Source of the DNA: Octopus sinensis
Lineage: Eukaryota
Reading direction: 5' to 3'
DNA length: 64,000 nucleotides
NCBI RefSeq assembly: GCF_006345805.1
Contig: NC_043005.1
Span: 32,426,001-32,490,000 of the forward strand
This document shows, piece after piece, positions 1 to 12,355 of the stretch. Within the stretch, counting starts at the first letter, position 1, and each line of letters opens with the position of its first letter. Under the pieces are notes generated by a model. That model ran no database searches. It saw nothing but the letters and a program-made list of their open reading frames with translations, and was not told where the DNA came from. Position numbers and translations under genes: made by a program.

Positions 1-146
1 TCAGCTAGTCTATTTCTCTTCCTGAAAACCCCAGTTTATCCAGATTCTCCTTTAAGCATTTACTAACTAAACCTAGTCCTCCAATTATTACTGGTATGAA
101 TATGAATTCATAGTCTGGATATAAAAGCTGGAGGCTTCGAAGCAGT

Positions 147-394
147 TATGTATGTATGTATGTATGTATGTATGTATGTATGTATGGGCATACACTGTAT
201 GTATGTGTTTGTCTCTCCACCATTGCTTGGCAACAGATGTTGGTGTGTTTATGTCCCTGTAACTTAGTGGTTTGGCAAAAGAGTCTGATACAATAAGTAT
301 TAGGCTTACAGAGAATAAGTCCTGAAGCCGATTTGTCTAAAGGTGGTGCTCCAGCATGGCCCCAGTCAAATGACTGAAACAAGTAAAAGAGTAT
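147..394 (+). mobile_element. 3' half of a tRNA-derived SINE, starting at its internal (TATG)n tract
   Basis: Ends in ggtggtgctccagcatggcc...gtcaaatgactgaaacaagtaaaagag, matching the reverse complement of the fuller copy at 23129-23543. Confidence 0.8.
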
Positions 395-396
395 AT

Positions 397-397
<1 letters not shown>

Positions 398-480
<83 letters not shown>
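398..480. repeat. compound (CA)n(CT)n microsatellite
   Basis: Read directly from the sequence. Confidence 0.97.
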
Positions 481-484
<4 letters not shown>

Positions 485-3399
485 TAAAAGACACACTTGT
501 TAAAAATGATGGACCCTATTATTGTATCTTTCAGTATATCTTGATGTGTCTGTTTCAAGCCTTCAAGGGTTGCTTCTCTTTCTTCTTAGGTTTCTTGTTT
601 TGAAGCACATTTCATCTCCAATTCACTGTTTGAAGTGACTGAAGATTTCCCTGTCTATTTCAACTATTGTCCTTCCTCATTCATTCACTTTCTTTCATTA
701 TTTCTTTACCTTTTTTCTCCCTAACAGAATCTGTCCTTGCTTCTTTTTATTTCTCAAACATTCCCAACTGCATTTTGATATCATTCACAAATCTCTCTCT
801 TCCCTGTTATTTTATATGTTACTGTTCTAATTTAATCTTGCTGTTGTAGAGCTCTATCTTTCTCCATCCCACCTCTTCCTGTATCTCTTCAGTTATCACT
901 CTACTCTCCCTCTCTATTTCATCAATTGCTTGTCATGTTTGCTGGATGTCTGCTAACTGTTTCTCTCACCTTGACTACTACTTTCTTTTCCCTCTTTCCT
1001 ATAATGTGATAGGAAAACAAAATATGAAAAAAAAGAAAGCAAAACACACACACTCTCTCTCTCTCTCTCTCTCTCTAAGAAATATTGGTTTCTATTACAC
1101 AAACAGAATGTAGGTTTCTTTGAGTAGAGAGATAATATTGAGATGTATAAATAAACACGAAGTTTGCTTGTATGTTCTGTTCATATGATGTCAACATTCA
1201 TTTAAAATTTTAATATTCAAGAACAAACTTCATTTATTTATTATCCAATAGCATGTCTGAACATAATGTTTGATCAATGATGATAAGTTAACATCAAAGA
1301 GATGTAAAATTTTATTCTTTAGATTCTGTATTGAAGCGGTGTTCAATTAATATTACTCATAGACTGTAGCTTTGAGAACAAGTGCTCTATCAAACACCTT
1401 GATAGTTTGCAGTGATCCTTGAATTAATTCATTCAAATTCAAGTTTACAAAGACTCTACTAGCTCCTTTTATCACACATAAAGAATATTTTCTTTTCTTT
1501 TTTTTTTGTATTATTTAGGTTCAGTTATTTCTCTGTCTCTTTTTTTTTCTCACTCTCCCTCCATTATCTTTATAAAATTTTGATTACACATTTATTCATG
1601 ATTCACTTCTTCAAAAACTGTACATCAATTTATTAGTGCAAATTAACCAATTCTAATTGTTGTAACATTTTAATATTACAAATATTACTTGTTTTAACAA
1701 TCAGTTAAGTGAACTGATCCTCTCTGGTTTATTGGTGTTTTATTTATTGAGTCAGGAAGATGAATCTCAGATGATTAAGAAATTTCACAAAAATGTATTA
1801 TTTCATATTTGTGCTTTTGTTTAGTTAGTCGAAGTAATTATCCTTTGAAATTTTATAGATTGTATATTTTCTTTTTCTGTAATTGTTCTCATGTAGAACT
1901 GGGTGTATAATGTTATTCTTTGATCAATATTTAGTTAGATAGTTTGTCTTTATTAAGAGTAGTAGAGAAAACAACTGGAGCACTGTTAATAGTGAATCAT
2001 AGGAGATGTTTAAATTACTCTCTGAAAGCCTATTTCTGGGTCTATTTCTGGAACACTACCTAGAGCTTTTACCTTAGCTGTCTTGACTACAAGGCAATAA
2101 GTTCTGTAAGAATTCAACTGGATCAGCAACTTGATCCACAAGATGTGGAGATGAAGGTCATATAATGGATTTGTAGGGGAATCCACCTGGAATTCTTACA
2201 TAACTTAATCACTACACAAAGGTATAATGATTATTGCATTCAAATGCCACCCAAATCTTAAATGTACCCAGTTGAAATGTGCTTTGAACTTTCCAAAGAG
2301 TAAAATTCTAAAGCTCAATTAGGAGTCTTCTGAATAGTGTCTTCCAAAACTCAAGATGTGGTTGACGTTTTTAGATAATAGAACAGTAGAGTCCAGGGAA
2401 ACTTGTAATGTTCTGCATTGCTAAATCTCTCTATAATATGGACTGATTTGTATTTATGTTCTGCCATCCATAAAAAAAAAATAGCATGTGATTTGGCTTG
2501 TAGCAGAAATATTACATGTTGATCACAGAGATTATTGAATGTCACCCATGTTTTGGTAATGTCTCTGTTGCGTATATTTCTTGAAAGTTATGGAAAGAAC
2601 TAAGAAAGGAATAGAAGCATTTATGATGAGAATTAATCAGTCATTAAATAACACTAATCTTCCTTTCATGAGTAATAGAAGACAATTTTTCATAATAACT
2701 ACATTCACAATGGCCAGTAGCAAGTCACAAGGACTTCATCAACAACTGAATGTTGGTTTAAGTAGGGTACCAGAAAGGAACAGTTATAAATTACTGATGA
2801 ATAATGATAGAAAATAGGAGAAATCTTTATGGAAATTGATGTTTTAACACTGAATATTGTGATAAAGAACTTTGGGAATAATGATAATTGAAAATCTGTT
2901 GAAGTTTTATAAATATCGTAATCTGTCTTTGTAAATAAAGTACTCACATTTTTAATTAACTTTCATTAAACCATTCTGTGACTCATTACAATAAAATGAA
3001 AGTAAAAACAAAACCTATCATTTTTAATGGCACAGATAGCTATGTGCTTATATCATCTTTACCCATCATTTTTAATTAGTGGCATGTTCTGTTACATTCA
3101 CGAAAACTGCTCTTCTCATTCTAGTATGAAAAGCAGACGTAAAATGGTGACTGTTATAGTTTAGTGTTAAAAATAAGTTCTTTGGTAAAGAATTTATCAG
3201 TGGTTTGACCTATTGTTTTGAATGGGTCTACCATGGATCATTGTATACAATTAATAAAACTATTGATTTCTTTATGACACAGGTACATTGGTAATACAAA
3301 ATATATTTTATATACTAGGTGTGTTGCCTTTTATCTTATAGTAATAATAATAATAGTAATAATAATTTGGCAGTGCCACCTCTAGCCAAACAATTATTC

Positions 3400-3440
3400 T
3401 GTGCTGATGAAGGGAAATAACCCGGAAATCGCAATACACA
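3400..3440 (+). ncRNA. Minimal type I hammerhead ribozyme motif, copy 1
   Basis: UGUG-CUGAUGA-aGGG(aaauaa)CCCg-GAAA-UCGCAAU-A-CACA: core boxes intact, stem I UGUG/CACA, stem II GGG/CCC, near-palindromic stem III. Confidence 0.7.
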
Positions 3441-3758
3441 AATATTGTTTTGAGCTGCGTGGGAATGCTAAATTCCCTTGTTCGAAAATATAAGGACATA
3501 GATTGTGTCATATAGCCAACTGGAGACGATGTCTCCTAGGGCTAGATTACAGCAACATTCATCCTAAACCAGGACTGCTATGTTATGTTGGCAAACAATC
3601 TTTACTACAAAGTAATGTTGCACTGTTGCTGAATATCTCATGTTATGAGATTTAAAAATAGTAATTTTCTAATTTGTAGATCAGTGACTAGTTGTCACTT
3701 TGAAAACTATATATTTCGAATGCGAATTTGGCAGCCACCTCTAGCCAAGCAATTATTC

Positions 3759-3798
3759 TGTGCTGATGAAGGGAAATAACCCGGAAATCACGATACAC
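3759..3798 (+). ncRNA. Minimal type I hammerhead ribozyme motif, copy 2
   Basis: GUG-CUGAUGA-aGGG(aaauaa)CCCg-GAAA-UCACGAU-A-CAC. The stem III consensus of the two copies is the palindrome AUCGCGAU. Confidence 0.7.
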
Positions 3799-4689
3799 TG
3801 ATGTTGTTTTGAGCTGTGTGGGGGTGCTAGATTCCTTTGTTCGAAAATATAAGGACACAGATCGTGTCGTACAGCCAGCTGGAGTTGATGTCTCCTGGGG
3901 CTAAATTACGGCAACATTCGTCCTAAGTGAGGACTGCCATGTTATGTCAGCAAACAATCTTTACTACAGTAATAATAATGTTCATATCACTGAGGAAGTA
4001 GCTGCAAGGCTTGGGATGACTTGTACTATTCTTATCATGATGTTATCTCGATAGCAGTGTACGACACTGCAGTGTATCAGGTTCTGAGTCATGAATGTAT
4101 ACCAGATGTATATGAAAATACTTACTTACTCTTGTCACTTAGAGGGTGTAATTAATATATACACACACACGTGTGTAGGGTGGGAGAACACCAAGAAATA
4201 TTGAAGTATGCCAGGTGGTCTCTGAGAATTCAGCTGCACACAGATACCAAGCAACTGATTACAAATTGTGCTAGCTAGGTCATGTAGTCTGGTTTCCTGT
4301 TAACCAAAGACTTGATTTCTATCAGCTGAGGATGTCACTGTTTGAGAAAAACCATATCAGTGGGCAATTAACACAGTATAAAATCCTTGGCTCATTAGCC
4401 TTAGTTTGTTGGTGCTTGTTTTCTTCAAAACTGAATCTATCATCTCACTTCAGTTTCTCTACCATTCTCTCTTCCATTTTATTTCCCTGTCTATTTTTCT
4501 CATCATTCTGATAGTGAGCAAGATAAACTCAATCATGACACTGAAATCATAAGTATGTCACTAGATGAATCATTGTTAATTATGATGATGATAATATCTA
4601 GCTACTGAAATGTTGTTCAATTACAGCACTGGATGTATGGATGGATGGATGCATGTATGCATGTCTGCCTGCCTGCCATTCATTCAATT

Positions 4690-5760
4690 TAAAAAACAAA
4701 ATTTCTTGCCAATATAGAAAGAACCAGTTTCTAACCTAGATTCAAGGCTCCTTCATTGGAATTTCAACATCAACAACAGGGTATTTTTGTTTGTATGTAT
4801 GTATTTATGTATGTATGTATGTATGTACGTACATATTTGTATGTTTTATGTATGTATTCTCATGCATGTAGTTAAAGGATAAACTTCTGGAAAGTTTTAT
4901 AGATTTTATAATTCCAGTGATGTATTGGATCTGTAGTCTTCAAATTAGCTTTCTCTTTTCTGGTTTTGAGAAGCCTAATTTCTCAAGATTGGTATTTAGG
5001 CAGTGTGTTACATATCCCAGGGCCCCAATAATTACAGGTATAACAGGTATAAACCTGAACTTGTAATCTGGATAGAGTAATTGCAGATTTCTCAATAGTT
5101 CGGCATAGGTGTTCTCTTTTCCACTGATCTTCAACTTTATGTTAATATCCGCTGGGCAGCTAATTTTCACAATTGTGCACAGTTTCTTTTCTCTATCCCA
5201 AATGATTATATCAGGTCTGTTGTGCTTACATTTTATTGAGGTCTTCACTGAGACATTTCACCAGTATTCCTTTTTATTATGAGTGGCTATGGCTTCTACC
5301 ATATTGTGTGTTCTTATTTCTTTGTCCTTGGGATTATCCTTTCAATGGATTTCATTATAGAGTGTCTTAGCTACAACATCATATCTCATCAGTAGATAAT
5401 ACCGTGATGACATTTTCAGACAACTGCTCATGATGTGCATGATATGTTGAGTGTGACTCCATGAAGTCTGCATCGGTTGTCATATTTTACTGCTTTTCCT
5501 GCATCTTTATCCCTTTTGTGCATAAGGTACTTGGTTGATTTTTCCTGCTCCTGGATTGCATATGCATACCCTTCAAAGTGGGAGGTAGTAATCCGGCTAT
5601 TGGGCCATGATAAACTACTTTGATGATTGATATTACTGTCATCACGGAACTTTCTACTAACATATCCATGCATAGTCTTTTGCTCATATAGGCTCATCCT
5701 TTCATCTGATGATACATTGCGGTCGAGTCGTGTGACTTCTTTTGGGCATGTATTCTAGGT
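4690..5760 (-). mobile_element. 3' fragment of an RLE-type non-LTR retrotransposon (R4/Dong/NeSL-like), frameshifted
   Basis: ORFs 5428-5697 (HGY...QEQE...RCRL, zinc-knuckle region) and 4940-5248 (NRPDIIIWD...ISCP...KENTY...IPVIIGALG, restriction-like endonuclease), followed by a 3' UTR with (CATA)n. Confidence 0.85.
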
Positions 5761-6277
5761 TATCAAAGAGTGTTGCTCAAGGAGCTGACGTATGTATGTG
5801 CGTGTGTGTGTTTGTGTGTGAATAACATTTCCATTGTCAAGAAAAGGATTATATTGGAAAATGACAAAATTAATGAAGCCATCCAACCAGTTGCTATAAA
5901 CAGTGCTATCAGTAAGACTAGTTGAAACTTCACCACTATATGATATTCACCATTATAATTGTTCATTTAATGTTGCACAGATTAACTTCAAGAAATATGA
6001 GTTTGATTTTCCTTCCTTTTATTCAAACTTAAAACACAATGTATGATTATTCTTCTAGATAAAGTTCGAGAATTAACTCCATAATTATATTTATTTATCA
6101 CTGAAACCATTTTAAAACCATTTTTGACATATCAGCCAGTGTTATTGACCAATGCTAGCAACTAATAAATGTTATGCCTCTTTATGCTGTCAGTCTACTT
6201 GACATAACAAACAAATCTCCCTCAAGCCACACTCTACCTACTTTGAAGATGTATCTTCGATAGAATTACCCTATATA

Positions 6278-7431
6278 TCAGGCTGAGTAAAAAGTAAGCA
6301 ATGTTTTGAAACATGAAATTCATCACAATATATTTCAATAATGCGGAAATTTTATTTATCAAAGTAAGTACCATTACAATCAACACATTTTTGCCGAGTT
6401 ACAAGTTTGTTTATTCTGGTAACATAAAAATCTGGAGTTCTTGAGCTGATGAACTCTTTGCATGCACTTTCAGCATCAGTTTGATTTTTGAACTCTTCTT
6501 GCAGGAAACCATCAAGGTGCTTGAAAAAGTGTTTGTCAATAGGAGAAAGGTCTGGTGAATAAGCTAGGGAAAAACTTCATAGCCAAGTTCCCTCTTCTGT
6601 TGACCAGTCTGGGACAGAGGAGTAGCAGTTTTTCATTCATTTTGGCAATTTCACGGCAATATGTTTCTGTAGTAATGGTGTTTCTGGGTTTTAAGAAGTT
6701 ATAGTGGATGAGTTCAGCAGTATGCCATCAAACAGTCACCATAACCTTCTTTTTGAAGAGCTTGGGTTTAGGGAAGGTTTTGGTGCTTCATTTTGGTCCA
6801 ACCACTGCGAAGAACATTTTTTATTATTGTACAGAATCCACTTTCCATTGCAAGTTACAATACAGGCGAGAAATGGATTGGTTATGAAGGAGAAGCGATG
6901 AGCAAATTTCATGTCTGTGCATTTTCTGATTTTCATTCAAATCGTGTGGTACCCATTTGTCGAGCTATTTTGATTTTCCAATCACATGCAAATAGTTGCA
7001 GGCAGTTTTCTGGCTAACTCGAAGCTCTTTTGCCAGTTCTTTAATTGACTGTCATTGATGGCAGATGGACATCCACTATGCTCAAGGCTTGGGTCTCCAC
7101 TTCAAATTCGTTTAAACCACTTTTGAGCTGACCACTCACTAGTCATTTCCTCACCAAATGTTTTGTTGATATCATGAGCAGTTTCAGCTGCTTTATGTCC
7201 TTTTTTGAAGTTGAATAGCAAAATTGCTCGAATATTGTGTTTTGACAGTTCAGATGATGGTAACAACGGTGAAAAAAAATGCCAATGTTAATTTATTGAT
7301 GCATTTGGACAAGTTTGTGTCTGTATTATCAGACAATTGCAAAAAAAATGTTTAACAAAAATTGAAAACTGCAAAATTCCAGTACAAATTCTTCATGGTT
7401 TAAAACGTTGCTTACTTTTTACTCAACCTAA
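6278..7431 (-). mobile_element. Mariner transposon with both TIRs and decayed transposase
   Basis: TIRs tcaggctgagtaaaaagtaagcaatgtttt / aaaacgttgcttactttttactcaacctaa, TA on both flanks. Minus-strand motifs IVTCNGKWILY and AYSPDLSPIDKHFFKHL. Confidence 0.92.
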
Positions 7432-7873
7432 TATCTAATATATAAAATAGAGATGTGTGTGTGTTCACTTTTCACATGAAAATGGCTTCCATACTTGTGA
7501 TAAATGAATAATTTGACCTTGGACACATGTTAGGCTCTTCATTTGATTTTTTTTTTATTAAAGATAAAAAATATTGCTTGATATTTGTGATTCACTTCTT
7601 TAAAAAGGTTTCTCAATGTCAACTTCCGGTATTGACATAAAAGCGGCAAAGTCTCTCACTCTGTTTTAATGTTTTCATTTCTGAGTTTTCATTTCAAGTT
7701 TTAATTCTCTATTTGTAAACAACTACGATAAATTACCGAAAGAAATATTTACTAAAGTTCATAAATTTAAATATTTGGTACAAGATAGTTTTTAACGTGC
7801 TTTTATTTATATGATTTTTTCATTCCATGTTTATCTCATTCATTGTTTGCGATGTTCTCTCTGTCTCACACAC

Positions 7874-7912
<39 letters not shown>

Positions 7913-8239
7913 CACACACTCCACATTTGATTTCATTATTACAAAAATATCACATTAAAATTTTGCAATTCAACATGGGGCATCCAAAAAATATGGGCAT
8001 TATTTTGCTTGAACTCACACACTTTGTTAATTTCTGTAAAAATTTTTTTCACATGCTGTGTTCAGCTCTATTTGTTGTCAGTCACACATGCACATGTGTG
8101 TTTTTGCATGTACATTTGTATACATTTATGTATGTGTGAGTGAGTAAGTGAAGGGGTGGTGTGTTGTCATGTATATGTACATACTTAAATACATATGCAT
8201 ACGTCTTTTCTGTATGTATGTATGTGTACGTGCATATGT

Positions 8240-8273
<34 letters not shown>

Positions 8274-8493
8274 TGTCTAAGTGGCACTCACTCTCTCACA
8301 CACACATGCACAAGAAAGATGTATGCCTATTTATTTATGTATGTATACATGACAACACACCCCTTCGCTTGCTCTGTCTCTTTCTCTCTCACACACACAG
8401 ATACACACCTGTCCATTTGATCTGATGTTTGATACTATATGTATTTGTGTGTGCGCGTGCATGTGGCATTCCACAATTGCCAGAAAAAAAAAA

Positions 8494-8905
8494 AGAGGAG
8501 GAATTTTCTTTCTTGATTCTCCTGGTGGCACAGGTAAAACATTTGTAACATTGCTCCTCTCCAAGGTAACAAAAAAGAATTGCAGTTGCTGTCCCATTAT
8601 CTGACTTTGCTGCCACCCTTCTCCCAAGAGGATGAACAACTCCTTCTGCTTTTAAATTACCTTGCCACAAATGACAGTTCAATTTGTAACTTAAGCAAAG
8701 ATTCAGCTTCAGCAGAAGTGTTGTACCAATGCCACTTATCATTTGGGATGAATGCACCATGTCACATGTCCATGTGCAATGGAAGCTCTTGGTAAGACCT
8801 TACAGCAGTTCTTCTCAAACTATCTGATGTGGCATACTGGCAGTTTTTTTTATCAAATGTGCAAGGGACCAGTAATATTTCTTAGTAATATTAATTTATA
8901 CCAGA

Positions 8906-8943
<38 letters not shown>

Positions 8944-9360
8944 TGACAATTTTTTTTTTATCTTCTATTTATTTTGTAAACAAATAATACAATATTACAT
9001 AACCATTTTATAATGTTTCTTTCGTGAAAATTCGCTGCATACCAACAGCTGATGGCTCACGGACCAGCACCAGTCCGCACTCCACCACTTTGAGTAGCAC
9101 TGCCTTACAGGACATCAGAGGCAACAATAAATCTATGGAAGGAGTTACATTAGTTTCATCAGGAGACTTCAGACAGACATTACCAGTCATTCTGAGATGA
9201 ACAAGATCTGATGAAATAAAAGCATGCATTAAGTCTTCATACCTATAGAATAAAGTACTGAAATTTTTCCTTCAATACTAACGTGCAAGTTTCATTACAT
9301 GGGGATCAATGTGCAAAACAGTTTTCAACCTGGCTCCTCACCATTGATGGGAACGGTGAG
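8494..9360 (+). pseudogene. Helitron RepHel PIF1-family helicase fragment
   Basis: Manual translation: GIFFLDSPGGTGKTF (Walker A), IIWDECTM (Walker B), LQDIRGNNKSMEGVTLVSSGDFRQTLPVI (motif III), with stops and frameshifts. Confidence 0.92.
8806..9102. mobile_element. hAT (Charlie-like) MITE inserted in the Helitron helicase
   Basis: 8-bp TSD ccttacag at 8798-8805 and 9103-9110. TIRs cagttcttctcaaa / tttgagtagcactg (12/14 match). Internal (TA)n. Confidence 0.9.
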
Positions 9361-9569
9361 ATCAGTTTGGCTCATATTGCTATCGCAATAGTTCGAAAGG
9401 TTTTCAAAAGATTAATCTATTTAGAATTCCATAAATAAATATTAAAGTGAATGTTAGGAACATATGCTTGTCAAACCACCTGTTTATTATTATCAACAAA
9501 TCTTCATTTATTTTAGTCTTTGTACTTTTGAGTTCTTGTTAAGTTTTAGCCTTTTCTTTCCCCATGTTC

Positions 9570-10060
9570 TATTTCTATTTATTTCTTGTATCTATCTAGT
9601 TTGAGCTTCTTGAAATTGATGTCTGTAGGAAAAATATACATAGAGATGGAATTGCTGGGTTTGCAATACTGAAGTGTAGTGTGTGTGAAATGTGTGGGTG
9701 AAATGCAGATAGGATGGCAAGATGTGTTTGGGTGGAAATAATGTACAGTTTGCTTGTTAAAATGAATAGGGATTGAGTAATGGGTGTAGAAAAGGTAGAC
9801 AGCAGAATCAGTATGCATGATTGAGTGGTTGTAGTGTGTTGACAAATAAGTCTGTGAGAACCTTCTGGGATATGTGTAGCCAGCAGCATTGTGCCAGATA
9901 TGTGAACCTATATGGGTCCTATTTGAACCCACATAGAGATCAGCAAGTGATGATGTTCGAGGTGGAAACTTAGACATAATGATGCAGTTTTGGCAATGTT
10001 ACAGATGTGTAGTTATCGTGAGCCATCATTAGAGATTGCAAGTCTAACATATATATACAA
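9570..10060 (-). mobile_element. Highly decayed LINE fragment (CR1/L2/Jockey-group, region after RT)
   Basis: Frameshifted LYV.QIGP...SHIW resembles the LY..QIRP..EY.S.IW motif of these LINEs. Confidence 0.45.
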
Positions 10061-11050
10061 CAACTTTGAATGTTGGTTGTGGTGCACTAGTTAAATCAGT
10101 TGTACAATTTTGATTGCTTGGCTGGAATGGTTTCACATTAAACTTATCCTTTATAAATTGTTCAATTTCCTGTTTTCTCAATCTGTGTGTGCCTGTCTGT
10201 CTGTCTGAATGAATCAATCAATTAATCAATCAATCAATCCAAAATAGCCAGTCACACATACACACATTGTTTTGCATAACTTAGTGGATACGGAATTTAG
10301 CTGACAGACTGTTTTAGTTATATTTCTTAGATCCAAGAATTCTATTGTTAAACTCTTGCTATACAGAAATCTCATTGAAAAAGCCTTCTTGGAGTTACAA
10401 ATTTCTCTGTTGCTATGGTTATATATCTTCTTACAGTGTCTTCACTGCTAATGAGTGTGGCCACTCACTTCAAGCAAAAATTATTTCTATGGATTCTAGT
10501 TCTGAAAAGAATGAAGTATTACTTGTTGAAAAACTTGAATAATCTGAGTTGTTATCTATGGATTTTTACACAATATGTTTACCTTAGCAAATTATGTCCA
10601 TTAATGACTCTTTGAATTTTGCTTAGTGTTAAAATAAATATTTTCTCAGAGAGTGGAGAATAAAAATTGAAAAAGTATCTGTAAATGTTTTTCTAGTCTG
10701 GGGCATATTCTTCAAATAATAATTGGTTCATGTTGGTGGAATTGGTGTATGTTCACCTCTCACTGAGTTCATGACCTATTTGAAACCGTTTCACTGTATA
10801 TACATAGGTATATACAAGGAGTGTGAATGTGGGTATGGTATTGGTTGTATGGGTGTACATTTGTGTGCGTGTGTGTGTGTGTGCATATGAGTGCAGATAT
10901 ATGTGATTTTGTTATTTATGCTTGTGGGCATGTTGGCATTCCAGAAGCCTGAAGGAGTCAGGTTCTTGTTAGGAGCCTGCAAAACTTGAAGTAGCATGGA
11001 ACCAAATCAAACTGTTTTAAATAATAAATATATACATGTGTGTGTGTATG

Positions 11051-11054
<4 letters not shown>

Positions 11055-11143
<89 letters not shown>

Positions 11144-11148
11144 TATAT
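11055..11148. repeat. (TA)n microsatellite
   Basis: Read directly from the sequence. Confidence 0.97.
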
Positions 11149-12051
11149 CTTATTGTTTACATGATCTTTTATCATGTAGAGTTGTAGAACTAACAAAGAA
11201 AGCCACAAGCTCAACTCATTTTAAGAATGAAAATATTCAATGATGTTTATTATCTTTATTTTCTGTAATAAAGTTCATTGTGTTTGTGTATATATATGTA
11301 TGTGTATTAAAAGAAAGAATAATCTGAGGTTGTATGTAGAAAGAAGTGATGATCAATGAAATCTGATTAGAAGCAGAATCTTCTCAAGAATGTAATAAAA
11401 GATCTAAATCACGAATCAATATATGTTGTAAAAACTATCAAGGATGTTCACAAGAAGTCAATGAAGGAATGTTTAAATTGTGTTCAGTAATATATAATAC
11501 ACTGTACAAAGTACTTACAAGAAATGTTTGAAATGTATATCATAATTGTATATTACAATCAAGTACATTTTAGTTCATGGAGATTATAATGTAATTTATT
11601 CTGAAATTTATTTATATTAACTACTAGGCTACCTGTGACCTGTTGGGTCACCTGGAAGGTCTGAGATTCCCAGCAATGGAGTTTTGTTTTGTGGGTATTT
11701 TTTTTTTCTTTCCAACAAATGTGACATTGAAATCACATGTAAATGGCTCCTTTCTCCCGAAAAGAAAGATTTGGCTGCTATTTCATGCATGCCATGCTAC
11801 CATGCAACAGGTATTTTGGGACCTTTATTGCAAATAGCAGCCAAATCTTTGGAGCTGAGATATGTTGCATGCATTCAAAAAATTCTTGTAATGGTATTCT
11901 CTTGGGATGATCTTTTGCTTTGACTCTCAGAACTGTCATCTAATCAGCTGGTTTTGTTTATTCGTTTTTATTTGTTTCAGTCATTTGACTGTGGCCAAGC
12001 TGGAGCACCACCTTTTGTTTGTTAATTTTGTTTAGTTATTTTTGTTTTAAA

Positions 12052-12355
12052 GTGAAAGAGAGGAGAAAGTGGAAGATATATGAACATGTATGTGAAATGG
12101 ATGTGTGTGTGTGAGAGAGAGAGTAAGAGTGAGAAAGAGAGTGCCACTTATACATAATGAGATCATGCATGTTCACTCACTCTCTCTCTCTAACATATGC
12201 ACACGTACATACAAAAAGATGTACGCATATGTATTAATGTATGTATACATGACAACAACACCCCCTTCACTCTCTCTTCCTCTTCCACTCTTCCATACAC
12301 ACAAGTCTATTTCATATACATGTATGTATATCCTTTACTTTCTCCTCTCTTTCAC
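12052..12355. repeat. Foldback-like repeat with ~58-bp imperfect inverted ends
   Basis: gtgaaagagaggagaaagt... at 12052 versus ...actttctcctctctttcac ending 12355. The interior (12195-12265) resembles 8303-8365. Confidence 0.65.

Larger units (their letters stand above)
3364..3970 (+). mobile_element. Direct repeat (2 x ~245 bp, period 359 bp), each copy with a hammerhead motif; retrozyme-like or retroelement terminal repeat
   Basis: 3364-3609 and 3725-3968 align at roughly 85-90% by eye, with many CpG-type differences. (TAA)n tracts flank both sides. No ORF. Confidence 0.75.
7434..9390 (+). mobile_element. Helitron remnant (5' TC end, deleted internally, 3' end not seen)
   Basis: Begins A|TCtaatatataaaa directly after the mariner TA and contains a PIF1-type helicase remnant at 8494-9360. 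The continuity of 7434-8490 with the helicase is inferred. Confidence 0.6.

Noticed and set aside
1990-2960. Possible very old LINE fragment on the minus strand
   Set aside because: Composition is suggestive but no motif could be recovered with confidence.
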